A stretch of 64,000 nt of DNA, taken from NCBI GenBank assembly GCA_950097015.1, contig CATNEN010000038.1, positions 34,224,001-34,288,000 on the forward strand, given 5' to 3'. Below are positions 47,374-59,200 of this stretch, in pieces (position 1 is the first letter of the stretch; every line of letters starts with the position of its first letter). The notes beneath the pieces were generated by a model. The model did no database searches and had not been told where the DNA came from. It worked only from the letters and a program-made list of their open reading frames with translations. This DNA is from Macrostomum hystrix (taxonomy: Eukaryota; Animalia; Platyhelminthes). The translations under genes were made by a program, and so were the position numbers.

Positions 47374-48147
47374 CTGCTCAGGGTTAGGCAGAATCGTCTC
47401 AAACAGAATTCGCGAATTAGCCTAACACTGTGACCTTTACATAAACTTTTGTGCTCAATGACATTTTTATATCTAATATTTAATATGCAATCCCTTATCA
47501 ATTGTAGCACACAGACGCACGCTTGATATAAAAAAGCACAAAATTGAAAACCGAAAGTGGGTGTGGTGACTGGACATGGTTTTTAGGGGCTGTTAAGATA
47601 GACGAAAAACCATGTACAATCTTAGGAATACCTAAGTCTTAATGCTGAGCAAAACACTAAAAGCGAATGGAAACAAAACTTTTGTTTGTTTGAGTTAAGC
47701 TTTGAATATTCTTTTCAAGAGCCAACTTTTCTGAGGAGCTTTGGTTGGACACTATCTATTTAAGCACACTGCTACTCAAATTCGCTTGGTAAGCTAATCC
47801 TTCTTTTAATCAGAAAATCAGTATTAATCAGTATTTCTATACTGCTTACGAGTATACGTACTTTTTTAATCTCTATGTAGGATGAAAAACATGGTCAAAT
47901 AGAAACTTCCATTAGACAAGTGAAGTTTGTTCCTTACTTTCTTACAAGACTTTTCCACTTCAGCAATTTATTTTAAGACGGCATTCGCTGATGAAATGCA
48001 AATCCAGAATTATCTCAATGATAAATGAAGATTCTAATTAAAACAACTTGTTCCTTTAGTCAGTGCTTCAGTAGAAGTAGATTCTAACTAACTAGAAAGC
48101 TAGTAAGGTTTCACACTTGCAACATCTATATAAAAAATCAACGATGG

Positions 48148-48920
48148 AATCCTAGAACCGAAGCAGGAACTGTAGTATCGTAGCAGGAATCTTAGAATCG
48201 TAGCAGAGATCATAGAATCGTAGCAGGGATCTTAGAATCGTAGCAGGAATCCTAGAATCATAGCAGGGACTGTAGAATCGTAGCAGGGATCTTAGAACCG
48301 TATCAAGAACTGTAGAATCGTATCAGGAATCCTAGAATCGTAGCAGGAATTGAAGAATCGTATCAGGAATCCTAGAACCGTAGCAGGGATCTTAGAATCG
48401 TAGCAGGAATCCTAGAATCATAGCAGGGACTGTAGAATCGTAGCAGAAATTTTAGAATCGTAGCAGGAACTGTAGAATCGAAGCAGAAATTTTAGAATAG
48501 TAGCAGGAACTGTAGAACCGAAGCAGGAACTGTAGAATCGTAGCAGGGACAGTAGAATCGTAGCAGGGACTGTAGAATCGTAGCAGGGACTGTAGAATCT
48601 TTGCAGGGACTGTAGAATCTTTGCAGGGACTGTAGAATCGTAGCAGGGACTGTAGAATTGTAGCAGGAATCTTGAACCGAAGCTGGATTTATGCAATCGT
48701 AGCTGGATTTATGGAATCGTAGCAAGATTTTTGGAATCGTAGCTGGATTTATGGAATCGTAGCTGGATTTATGGAATCGTAACTGGATTTTTGGAATCGT
48801 AGCAAGATTTTTGGAATCGTAGCAAGATTTTTGGAATCGTAGCTGGATTTATGGAATCGCAGCTGGATTTATGGAATCGTACAGTGCTTTTATGAAATTG
48901 TAGAAGGATTTATGAAATCG
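48148..48920. repeat. Minisatellite, 20-bp units (TAGAATCGTAGCAGGGACTG grading into GGAATCGTAGCTGGATTTAT) directly upstream of the amidase gene
   Basis: About 38 variant units. Confidence 0.92.
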
Positions 48921-48963
48921 TCCTCTCCTAATTAAACATTTATCATCATTGGAGGCAGCTGAC

Positions 48964-51900
48964 ATGCAGCAGCTGCCGCGCCAACTGGCGGTCACAGTCA
49001 GCGGCCTGCTGGCCTCCCTGCCACTTCCTCACCGTTTCACGACCGTCGCGGCTCTCGGGGGCGGCGGCGGCCTAGTCCTGACGGCGCTACTCGGTCGTCG
49101 CCTCCTGAACGACTGGCGGCAGAAGCGTCAACTCCGAGCCGCTCTGGCCGCCAAACGGGCCGCTCGTCAGCGCGCCAAGCTGGACTTTGGCGCCTACCTG
49201 GCCCGCCAGACGATGCCGGAGGCTGAGGAGGCCGAGATCGCCGGGCTGACCGCGCGCCAGCTGGTGAGTCGCCTGCGCGACGGCAGCCTGAAGCCGGATC
49301 GAGTTCTTCTGGCCTTTCAACGTCGCGCCTACCGGATCGATCAGCGGCTGAACTGCGTGGCGGAATTCCTCCAGCCGGATCTGTCCGAGGTCAACCTCGA
49401 TGGTCCGCTGGCCGGTTTGCCGGTCAGCGTCAAAGAGAACTTCGCCCTGCGCGGCTTGGACACATGCGTCGGCTGCGCCGTGTTTGTCGGCCAACCAGCC
49501 GAGGCGGACTGTCTCGCGGTGCGCCAGCTCAAAGCTATCGGCGGTGTTCCGTTTGTGCGCACAGTGGTCCCGCAAACCATGCTGTCGGTGAGCGCTTCTT
49601 GGCGGCGCTTCCAATAGTTGTGTACAGCTGTTCAGTCCGTGGACTGGGGAAGCTATGTCACCCACCCCAAATTTCTAACCCAGCTGATTCTAGTACCCAT
49701 TTTACTGCTGGGTTAACTAAAGCACTAAGGAATTAATTAGTACCTTGCTTAAGGGCTAAGATTCGAACAACCGACCCCAAAATCGGAAGTCGTTGAAAAT
49801 TAAATTAACTAGTTTTTTCTAAGCAAGCAGCTTCTCCACCGGTTTTTAAAGGCTCCAAAACTTATAACCCGTCCTGGGATTTGGGTTGGGTGCTGCGTTG
49901 TTCGTTGGAAATGCGTTGTTCGTCCAATTGCGGGTTAGCTTCCGCATGCCCCCCACGCCTGACCACACCTGCACTAGACAATGAATCTACCCAAAAAGTT
50001 AATAACGCAACTTTAGTTCTACTTGCCTAATATTTATGTATAAAACATGACCGCCTTGACCTACCCACCTGCTTGTAAAGATTGTGTAAAGCGGCTGATT
50101 AGCAGAGCGGTCTGGCGCTTTTGCGCCGAATAAATTTCAGGAGCGCAACTGCGGAGAGTAGACATACACACAGCCTCAGGCATACACACAGCCTCAGGCA
50201 TACACACAGCCTCAGACATACACAATCGTGTGATTGCGTGCACAAGATTCAGCGGAATGGGCAGACTCGGCTCCTCGCTGGCTGCGGGACTAGTGCCAGC
50301 AAGTGATGTGCCATTGCACCCAAGCCGTCCTGAAATAATATTATTCCTAATTATAATAGTTATATCAAAAAATAAAAGTAATAGTAATAATAAGTATTGT
50401 TACTGTTATTAATATTATCAAGGACGTTGTAGCCTTGTGATTAAAGCGTCGGAATCACGACCTGAAGGATCTGTAACAATTTGAGTGGTTTAGCAAGGTA
50501 ATCAATGTATCGCACAATAGCTGCTGTCGGCCCCACAATACTCAAATTAATAATAAAAATATAGATTTACACATTTTTTCTATTCATATATTATTTTTCA
50601 GGTGCTTAGCAGCAATCCAATCGACGGCACAGCGCTCAACCCGGCCAATCCCAGCCGCTGCCCCGGCGGCAGCAGCTCCGGCGAGGGCGCCCTCATCGCC
50701 GCCGGCGGCTCTCCGCTCGGCCTCGGCACCGACATCGGCGGCAGCGTGCGCACCCCAGCGGCCTGGTGCGGCGCAGCCAGCCTGAAGGCCACCGGAGGCC
50801 GCCTGAGCCGCCTCGGCATGCGCGGCACAGGGCCGCAGCGCCTGGTGGAGCCGGCCTGGGGTCCGATGGCGCCAGATGTCGACTCACTCGAGCTGCTGAT
50901 GGAAGCCCTACTGGAGCCGAAGACTCCGTTTCCACCGATTCTGACTGACCCGACGGTGCCACCGCTGGGGCTGCGAGCGCCGTCAAGAACATCGCCGGTC
51001 GACAGTGAAGCGAAGCTCACGATTGGCTACATGGTGTCGAATGGACAGATGAGGGCGGCGCCGTGCATGGAGCGGGCTGTTCTGCTGGCCAAGTGAGCAT
51101 GCCAGCTGGTCTTTCAAAATCTCAGCCAAACCACCTTCCTTATTGGGCCAGGTGTGCATCAGACAGCACAGCCGCAGCTATTGCGCGGCGAATATGAATG
51201 AATTGGCTGCTTACGGCTTTTGAGTCCATGGACTTAGGGTGACGCCACACCCACCATTAATTATTCCAACAAATGCAGGTACCCAATCTAACAACTGGGT
51301 GAGCTAAAGCACTGCTAAAGGACACATTGTTCCATTGGAGTCGGGAGACGAGCCCCCGACCTTTAAGTCGTGAGTCCGATCCGATCTAATATTAATAATA
51401 TAATTGCAGGAGGGCTGCAGACAATGGAATAAAATTCAGTTGACACTAGACCCGCAGCCAGCGAGGAGGCAATTCTGCCCAATTCGCTGACTCCTGAGCA
51501 CACTATGTACGCAGGCACACACTCACACACAGGAGCGTACACCGAGCTGCCCTGACTTTCTCATCGTCAGGCCAGTGTACACTTAACTGTGTACAGTTAA
51601 TTGTAAGTTAGCCCTCAAGGGCGTAAATCGCATTGCAAGCCCCCAAGCCTTCGCTCAGCGGCTGCGCGACAAATGAACGTGGCCTCGCCGTGGAATCGAG
51701 CACAGGGAACTTGGTGCGAGAGGCAAATGCGGTAGACCGCTCTGCCTTTCACGCCCTCCAATGATTTGAATATGCAAAACGGATCCGATAGTTAGGATGT
51801 CTCAGGCACTAACTCATTTTTTGTATTCCCGAAAGTGCCATAAAGAAATGGCAGTTTTTATCTGAACTTCCGGACTTGTTTTATGTATGCTACAAACATT

Positions 51901-52652
51901 AGCCTGAAATCTCACGACTCCGATTTAATAGAGATCGCCTAGCCGCTCGCGGCCATCGCCTAGTGCCGTGGTCTCTGCCACCGAGCCTATCAACAGAGGC
52001 CTTTCCCATTGTGGAGACCTACGTCCGCTGCGTCTGGTCCGATGCTGGTCGCTACATGGCCAACCAGCTGCGGCACGACGCCACTTCGGCGTCAGTCGCC
52101 AATTTTGCCACTTTGCTTCGCATACCCGTGCCGATTCGTCGCTTCCTGGCTGTCCTGCTTCGTTTGCTGGGCAATGAGGAAACGGCCCTGGCGCTCAGCT
52201 GCCTGTCCGGCTTGGACTCCGTGTACAATCTCTGGGCTCTGTCGCAGCGGCTGGTGGACAAGCGAGTTGAATTCTTAGCCGACTGGCAGAGACACGGCTT
52301 CGACGCTGTCCTGTGCCCGGCCAACGCAACTCCGGCACCGCCAGTTGACGACCGGACTGTGACAATGGCCTGCCTAGCCTACAATGTCCTGTTCAACCTG
52401 TTCAATCTACCAGCCGGAGTGCTACCGGTGACACGCGTGACGCAGGCGGATCTGGACGCGCTGCGCCAGCCGGTTAGAGCCGGCACAATGAGCTGGGAGG
52501 CAGACCTGGTGGCCATGCAGCAGGGCTCTCTTGGCCTGCCCGTGGCTGTGCAATGCGCTGCCCTGCCTTGGCGCGAAGACGCCTGCCTGAGGCTGATGCG
52601 CGAGGTTGAGGCAGCGGTTTCCGACGACTGGCGACGCAGCGTAGAGAAGTGA
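48964..52652 (+). CDS. FAAH: Fatty acid amide hydrolase (FAAH1-like amidase signature enzyme), 3 exons, ~611 aa
   Basis: Exons 48964-49587, 50602-51092 and 51932-52652 join in phase. N-terminal TM; [12 protein letters not shown] (catalytic Lys); GGSSSGEG and GTDIGGSVR (Ser-cisSer); GLPVAVQ...EDACLRLM. Confidence 0.92.
49612..49792 (-). mobile_element. SINE family A, degenerate
   Basis: CAGTCCGTGGACTGG...GTACCCATTT..GCTGGGTTAAC...ATTCGAAC. Confidence 0.7.
50100..50345 (+). mobile_element. SINE family B, degenerate
   Basis: AGCAGAGCGGTC head; 3' part CCTCGCTGGCTGCGGGACTAGTG...GTGCCATTGC; AT-rich tail. Confidence 0.65.
51143..51380 (-). mobile_element. SINE family A
   Basis: GCAGCTATTGCGCGGCG...AGTCCATGGAC...GACGCCACACCCACC...GGAGTCGGGA. 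Confidence 0.78.
51390..51755 (-). mobile_element. SINE family B, full length (tRNA-Ala-like head)
   Basis: Reverse strand GGCGTGAAAGGCAGAGCGG...TCGCA...GCTCGATTCC; shared body; (TAA)-rich tail. Confidence 0.8.
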
Positions 52653-52921
52653 CCATTGGATAGGAATGCTGACAGATACTGAGGATGCCATTATTTTACT
52701 TGAGTCATAGAACAAGTGCCAAAATTTAATCTGCAAGCTACTCATATTATTTTCAAGATCCAGCAAATTTTAAAGCCTGAGCCTAGATGGCTTTGGCACT
52801 CCTTTTGATTTTTAAATACTAACTTTTACAGTAATTAACAGTAATTAAAAATTAAGCCGAATTGAATTTTTTGTTTTATACATGGTATATACGTTAAAGA
52901 CTGCCCGGATTTGTAAAATCG

Positions 52922-53098
52922 AGCCCGTACAACAATACGACGTCGCCTGACTTTCCCTATCAGCAATTAGGAAATTTTACATGACGCCGATCGGAAATCC
53001 GACGAAAAAAAGACTGAACGTCGATGCAGTCTAAAATATCTGCGGTCTAACGTCGGAAAATCTGCGGACGTCGGCCGACGTCTGGTTTTTTGTACAGG
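52922..53098. mobile_element. Small putative MITE
   Basis: Imperfect inverted ends CCCGTACAACAATACGACGTCG / CGACGTCTGGTTTTTTGTACAGG. Confidence 0.45.
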
Positions 53099-53186
53099 AT
53101 TCATGGTCGCGATCAATAAAATTTTCTTATTGATTTTTCATATTACAGTAATATATATTCAGGTGTTATAGAACTTACATCATTTC

Positions 53187-53359
53187 CAGGGGCGTAGCCA
53201 GGATTTTTTTGGGGATATCGGTTTTGGTTCTATCCAGCGTATCCAGAATAAAAAAGAATTAATTAATTTCTTTCGAAGAAACTGAATACGAAAAAATTTG
53301 AGACATCAAATTTTGGGGGTATCGGCCGATACACCGATACCCCCCTCGCTACGCCACTG
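53187..53359. mobile_element. hAT-like MITE
   Basis: CAGGGGCGTAGCCAGG / CCTCGCTACGCCACTG termini; TSD degenerate. Confidence 0.6.
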
Positions 53360-56274
53360 ATTATTGTGAGCCAAAACTTGACAACATTGAGAGTTTTAAG
53401 TAATCATCCGAAAATAGGTGTATCTCTTTCTTCGATTTCTATTGAATTTTTATAAAACATCACTATACATAGAAATAAAAAACAGAAGCTGTTGATGTAA
53501 GAAAAAATTAAGCTAAGTACTTCAAACCAGAGGAGAACTTTTTTCATCACCTCTAACTGCATGAATTCGGAACTGTCTGGAGAAAACAGTCTGATTATGC
53601 AGCTGTCGTAGGTGGGGGGCAATACTACTACGGGGGCGCCACTGCAAGCAGGGGGCGCCACTAAATGCAGGGGCGCTACTACCATGGGGTGCCACATATA
53701 GTTTCGCTAGCCGATTGGGGGGGTCGCGGCCCCACATTGCCCCTGGCGCGGCTGCGCCCCTGAAGCAGCTATTAGCTATGTGATAAATGAGGGATGTTTA
53801 ATTGATAGTTAGAACAAAAGTTCCGAGGTTGATTTAGGAGGTAAAAAAGCCAGTCCCAAGCGGATTTAAGTAAATCGCATGTCACTTTAGTCTCGAGTAC
53901 TTGTCTGAGTGTAAGTTTTGCGGGACAGACCGCCCATACGTTGCACCGCCATGTAGTGTTTTAATTGGAATAGGTAATAAAAATATTATTCCTGCTGCAA
54001 ATAATTAATTTGTAACCCTGTTGCTAATATTTTACGCGCAGTTTTCTTAGTAGTCTTGGTCTAAATTGTTCATTAATTATAATGTATATTTGTTTTAAAG
54101 TACGAAATTTAAAGTACGAAGAGGCAAGACAATCAGTACGTAATTCGTTCACATGTTTAAACCGCAATAAACATATTTCATTTTAAATATGGAATTGCTG
54201 CGTATCGATTGCGCATTTTTATTGAAAGTCCCGTTAATTATCTACAACTACTTATAGGGCCATTATATAGCTACCAAATAGATAACGAAATAAATAAATA
54301 TTATTAAATAAATATGACTATTCAGTTCATTTTGAATCGGATATTTTTTATTACAAACTTATTGATAGTGATGGATCTACTGACAGGCCTACAGTGACTG
54401 ATAGGTCTATTCAAATAGCATTTGCTATTGGCTAGGCTAGGCTGCAAAGTACAAATTATAACTAGCTGCTTAACTGCTTTGATAATTTTCAAACAGTTAG
54501 GCCTGTTTTAAAAAAAGTAGGGCCTAGGGCATGGCCAGTCTAGCCCCCTAGGCCCTAGACTTAGTCTTAAAACTAGCCTGGCAAAGAGCATAGTACTAGG
54601 GCCTAGCAAATTCTACTTAGCATGCTGTGTAAAATAATTTCTCCATGCATGCTCAAGAAAGGCTATCAAGCATGTCTAATTGTTGATATATTTCCCTGAA
54701 CACATGTGATCAAACAAAGTTCAATCAAGTATTCAAAGATCAATGCCTGTGTGTCTGCACACTTGACATTGTGAATTTGTGTCCAGTTTGCAGAAACTTT
54801 ATTCTCTAACAAATTTCTCTATTTAATTACCTAGCTAGGAAAAAATTTACTAGCCTATAAAAGCATTAATAATATAGGCCTAAGGTATAATTTTTTAATA
54901 TAAGGTACATTTTTGAGAATTTATACTTTGTGTTAGGCCTAGTCAGGTAATTCAGTAGCCAAGGGCAAGGCCTAATATAAACAGTTTGTCTACCTCGAAG
55001 TAGGCCTATAGAAAGTTTTCAAATATGTGTAGAATTTAGATTTTAGATTTAGAATTTAGAATTAGGAATTTAGAAAATTTATCACCTAAGTTAGGGCCTA
55101 TTTGTTTAGGTGTTGTAAAAGTAAAACAAAGGTGGCGTCAATGTGCTGTTTATGTCACATATTATGGCATTCTTTTCAAATAGTTTGTTAAACACTTTTT
55201 CTGAAAAAAAATTGTAAATCAATAGAAAAACAATCGGAAATTATTTTGAAACAAACAGCATCAATGGAAAAAATGAAACAATGAGGAATAATTAAATGAT
55301 GAGTTGCAAATGTTGTGTCCAAATTCTGTAGGATCACATGTCAAAATTCAGCAGGGAGTTTAGCATTGTTGCTGGGCAGCCCTTCAGCATGGTGTTAATA
55401 GCCTTTGAGTATGTGTTAGTTAGGTAGAAAATTAGTAGAGCTTGTAAGCAGATTGCAGAAGATGTGCCAATACTCCCCTGCTACTAACTAGGCCTCTTAT
55501 CCCTATAGACACTCCCAAGCATGTCAACTATTTAGTTTTTATCTTCCCTTATCTTCCTTTAGCAGTTGTTAAGTTAGGCCTAGCTGAAGTTTGTAAGCCT
55601 GCCAAGTATGATGTATTTGTTTCCCAACATTGACCTTATTAACTGGTCAATGAAACTATTGCTCCCAATTATAAGTTTTAACAAAAGCAACACATGTGGC
55701 TTATGTTTTCTCTATACACTTGTGCAATTTATGAACCTAAAATAAAACTATATGTATTCAGTTTCATGCTGCCATTCTTTATTGACATATTTTCAAAGTT
55801 TGCAAACTAGTTAAATAAAATTTTTGACAAAAAGTTTTGAATATTTTTCTATTGATGCTAACTGCTGTTTAAAAAAATTATGACTTAAATAGCTAGACAT
55901 GTACTTTTTGAGATATTCATATCCAAAGTGTGTTTCACAATCCTCCTAATGTTGCCCTCATTAAATTGGCCTTAAATTTTATTATACACACTGAACTCAT
56001 TTATTAATCTACCTTCACAAAACTTTAGCACTCTTTTTATGCACTCAAGCTTTACACTGACACCTTGGAAAAAGAAAATGCTGCAGTAGTTTTTCAGATA
56101 TTTGGAAGGGGGCTCACAGTGGACAAAATATTTTTGTTAAAATAGTAACTGGCTTTTTCTATATTATAAGTCCTAAGCATTAAATTTTAGACAATATTAT
56201 AATAGGGATTCTAGTTTTTGAAATAGTATTTCTGTATTTCTAAAAGAAAGTACTTAAATTTCATCACCTGCAAG

Positions 56275-59200
56275 TCGGACATCACCTTCAAGAAAGTCAA
56301 GCGGTCTATCCGCGTCAAGCAGCCGCCAGTGGTTCTGCCAAAGCCTGACACAGAGACTCAGGCGGGTGGTTCGGACAGCGAAGAGGAGGCAACAAATGCG
56401 TTATTCAAGTTACAATCCGCCTCTAAACAGCCTACTTCCACTTCGAAGTCAACAGAAGCTGCAGCTGCATCGAAGGCGCCGCTGCCACCGACACAGCCAG
56501 TTTTAAAGGCGTCATCATCGGCGCTGTCCTTCCAGGACGATCTGCTAGCCGACGGTGGCGAAGAATTTCGGGTTAAAAAGTCCAGCAACAGTCGCAAACT
56601 GGCTAAAAGGAAGCGGCTGCTCTATGATCAAGCCGCAGCTGCCGCCGCCGCTGCAGCATCTTCAGCATCAACCGGCAGGGTTGAAAGCTCTGTCAAAGAA
56701 TCTGACGAGATTCAAGAGGTTGAAATGGAAGACGATTATCCAGTGTCTGTGCAGCAGTTGCAATCTCAGGTTGGAGAAAATAAGTTAATCTTTTTTTCTT
56801 TTCGAAATTCGCTTTTCGCTACTTTAAGTAGATTAGACGCCTTTCTCTGTGAAAAAAACATTGCCAGATTGCAAGCCAAGGCATTCCGGACAGTCGCACC
56901 GTCTACCAGCTAAAACTGCAGCGTCAGTTGGCCGCCCGGGCTCGCCTTGCCAACGCCGGCGGCGATAGTGACGATGCCGACGGTGACGGCGATGCCACTG
57001 GCGGCGGTCAAGGCGACGACGACTCTGATGACGCGGCCGACGTTCTAGACGATGACGGCAGCGGAATCCGAGTGCGCCTGCTGGGCACCCTCAAGCCGGA
57101 GGCGGAGCGGCGCCAGATGCGGGACCAGTTCCTGGCCGCCGAGCACGGCTCCCCGACTTCGGCGCGCTCCTACCGCGACTTTGATGCCAAGATCTCGAAT
57201 AGAAACTACGGCAACTTCCGCGACGAAGACGACAACGACGAAAATGAAGCCTACGTCGGCTTTGCCGGCTCAGAGAGCTACGAGCAGCAGCAGCTGCGTC
57301 GGGCCGCCAACCTCGCCGGCTCGGCTGCCATCGCCGCCGCCGTGTCGGGCGGTGACGACGATTTCAGCGTCGTTGACGGCGGCGGAGGAATCTTCAGCCG
57401 TCTGCCTTCGACGCCTGGCGTGGCCTACGCTGACCTTCGCGAACGCGTCGACGCTGATCGTCGCCGACTAGTCGAACTAGCCGCCAACGAGGTCGACCGA
57501 CTAAACGCGGCACGTCGCGAGCTGGCCGACTGTCAGGAGCGCCTGGCGGAGCGGGAGGCCCGCCTGCCGCGCCTAGAGGCGGCCTATCGCGACCTGGCCA
57601 GCCTGCGGTCTCACCTGGCCGACTATGCCGACTGCATGTGCGAGAAGCTTGGCCAAGTTGAACTGCTGGAGCGCAGATTGCTTGGCGCTCTCGGCGAACG
57701 GGCTCAGAGGCAGATCCGGCGACGACGCCAGGATGTTCGAGACGAGAGCAGCGCTGGTCGCGGCGGTGAATAATAGTTATTTTATATTGCAGGAGGGCTG
57801 CGGGCAATGGCACATCATTTAGTGACACTAGACACGCAGCCAGCGAGGAGGCAATTCTGCCAATTTCGCTGACTCCTGAGCACACACGCACACAGATACT
57901 TTACGCAGGCGCACGCTCACACAGGTGCGCACATCTGCCCTGACTTTCTCATTGTCAGGCAGTGTTCACTTTCACTGGCCCTCAGAGGCGTAAATTTTAC
58001 GCCAAGCCTTCTTTCCGCTGAATTGAGCTTAGGGACATTAGTGCGAGAGGCAAACGCGTTAACCACTCTGCCACCGACACTCGCGGCGGTGGTGAGTAGG
58101 AAGAGTTCATAAACACTCCTCTGTTTATGAATCGTAATCTCTTTGGGGTTGGCCTTTGCTGCATGGCGTAAATAGCGCGCGACTAGCCACCAAAGCCTTC
58201 TCTCTTCTCACCTCTGGATTTTGGTGGCGTCTGTCATGCTATCCCAGAATGCCTGCGTAAGCCCCACTAATTAATTTAAGACTCATAATTGACCAGTCTC
58301 AAACTGCTTCGGTTGCAGAAGACGAAGCTACGATTCGGCGCGTGGCCGAGCGGGAAGCTAGGCGCACTCGACGAAGAAGACAGCGCGAACTAAGTGGAGC
58401 GGATGCGGCTCACGACAGCGGCCAGAGCAGCGACGATGAGGAGACGACCACAGAGCGGATGGCTCGAGAATCGGCCATAGACCAGGTTAGGCCTTATTCG
58501 TTGTCTTATTTACCGGTATTAGCTGATCAATGGATTTTAGTTTGTAGGTCCTGGTTTGGATGTTCTTAAGAGCCGGACCTACGACTTAAAGGTCAGGGGT
58601 TCGATTCTTGACTTAGAACTTAGCTCTGCTAGCTAGACTAGACAGCCTGATTGTCCCATTGACTAATATCTGTGCAGGTGCGCCACGTGAAAGAGTCGCA
58701 GCTATTCTCAGACGTACTGCCAGAGTATTGCCAGCTAACGGAGCTGCTGGACCGTCTGGCCGCTTTCCGTTCCGCTCAACCCGATCTGTACGAGCGAGCC
58801 AGACTGCCCGCGTGCTTGGCGCGCCTGCTGTCGCCTCTGATTCGCGTCGACCTGCTGCTGTACAATCCGCTGGCAGCCGACTGTCCGTCGTTTGATCGCC
58901 ACGCTTGGCTTGGACAGGTGCTGAATTATCTGAGACCCGATGAACATCCTGAGGAGATCAAAGTTGTGCCTGGCTTGATAGAACTAGTACTGCTGCCTCG
59001 GCTGACTGATCTGGTTGAACAGGTAAACTCGGCATGCTTTTGAAGGCTTATCTTGCTCCTTTAGCTTCTGTTGTCAGCTATATTCTGTCAGCTCATTATC
59101 TTCTGTTGTCAGCTATATTCTGTCAGCTCATTATCTTCTGTTGTCAGCTATATTCTCTGACAGCTCATTAGCCTCTGTTGTCAGCTATATTCTGTCAGCT

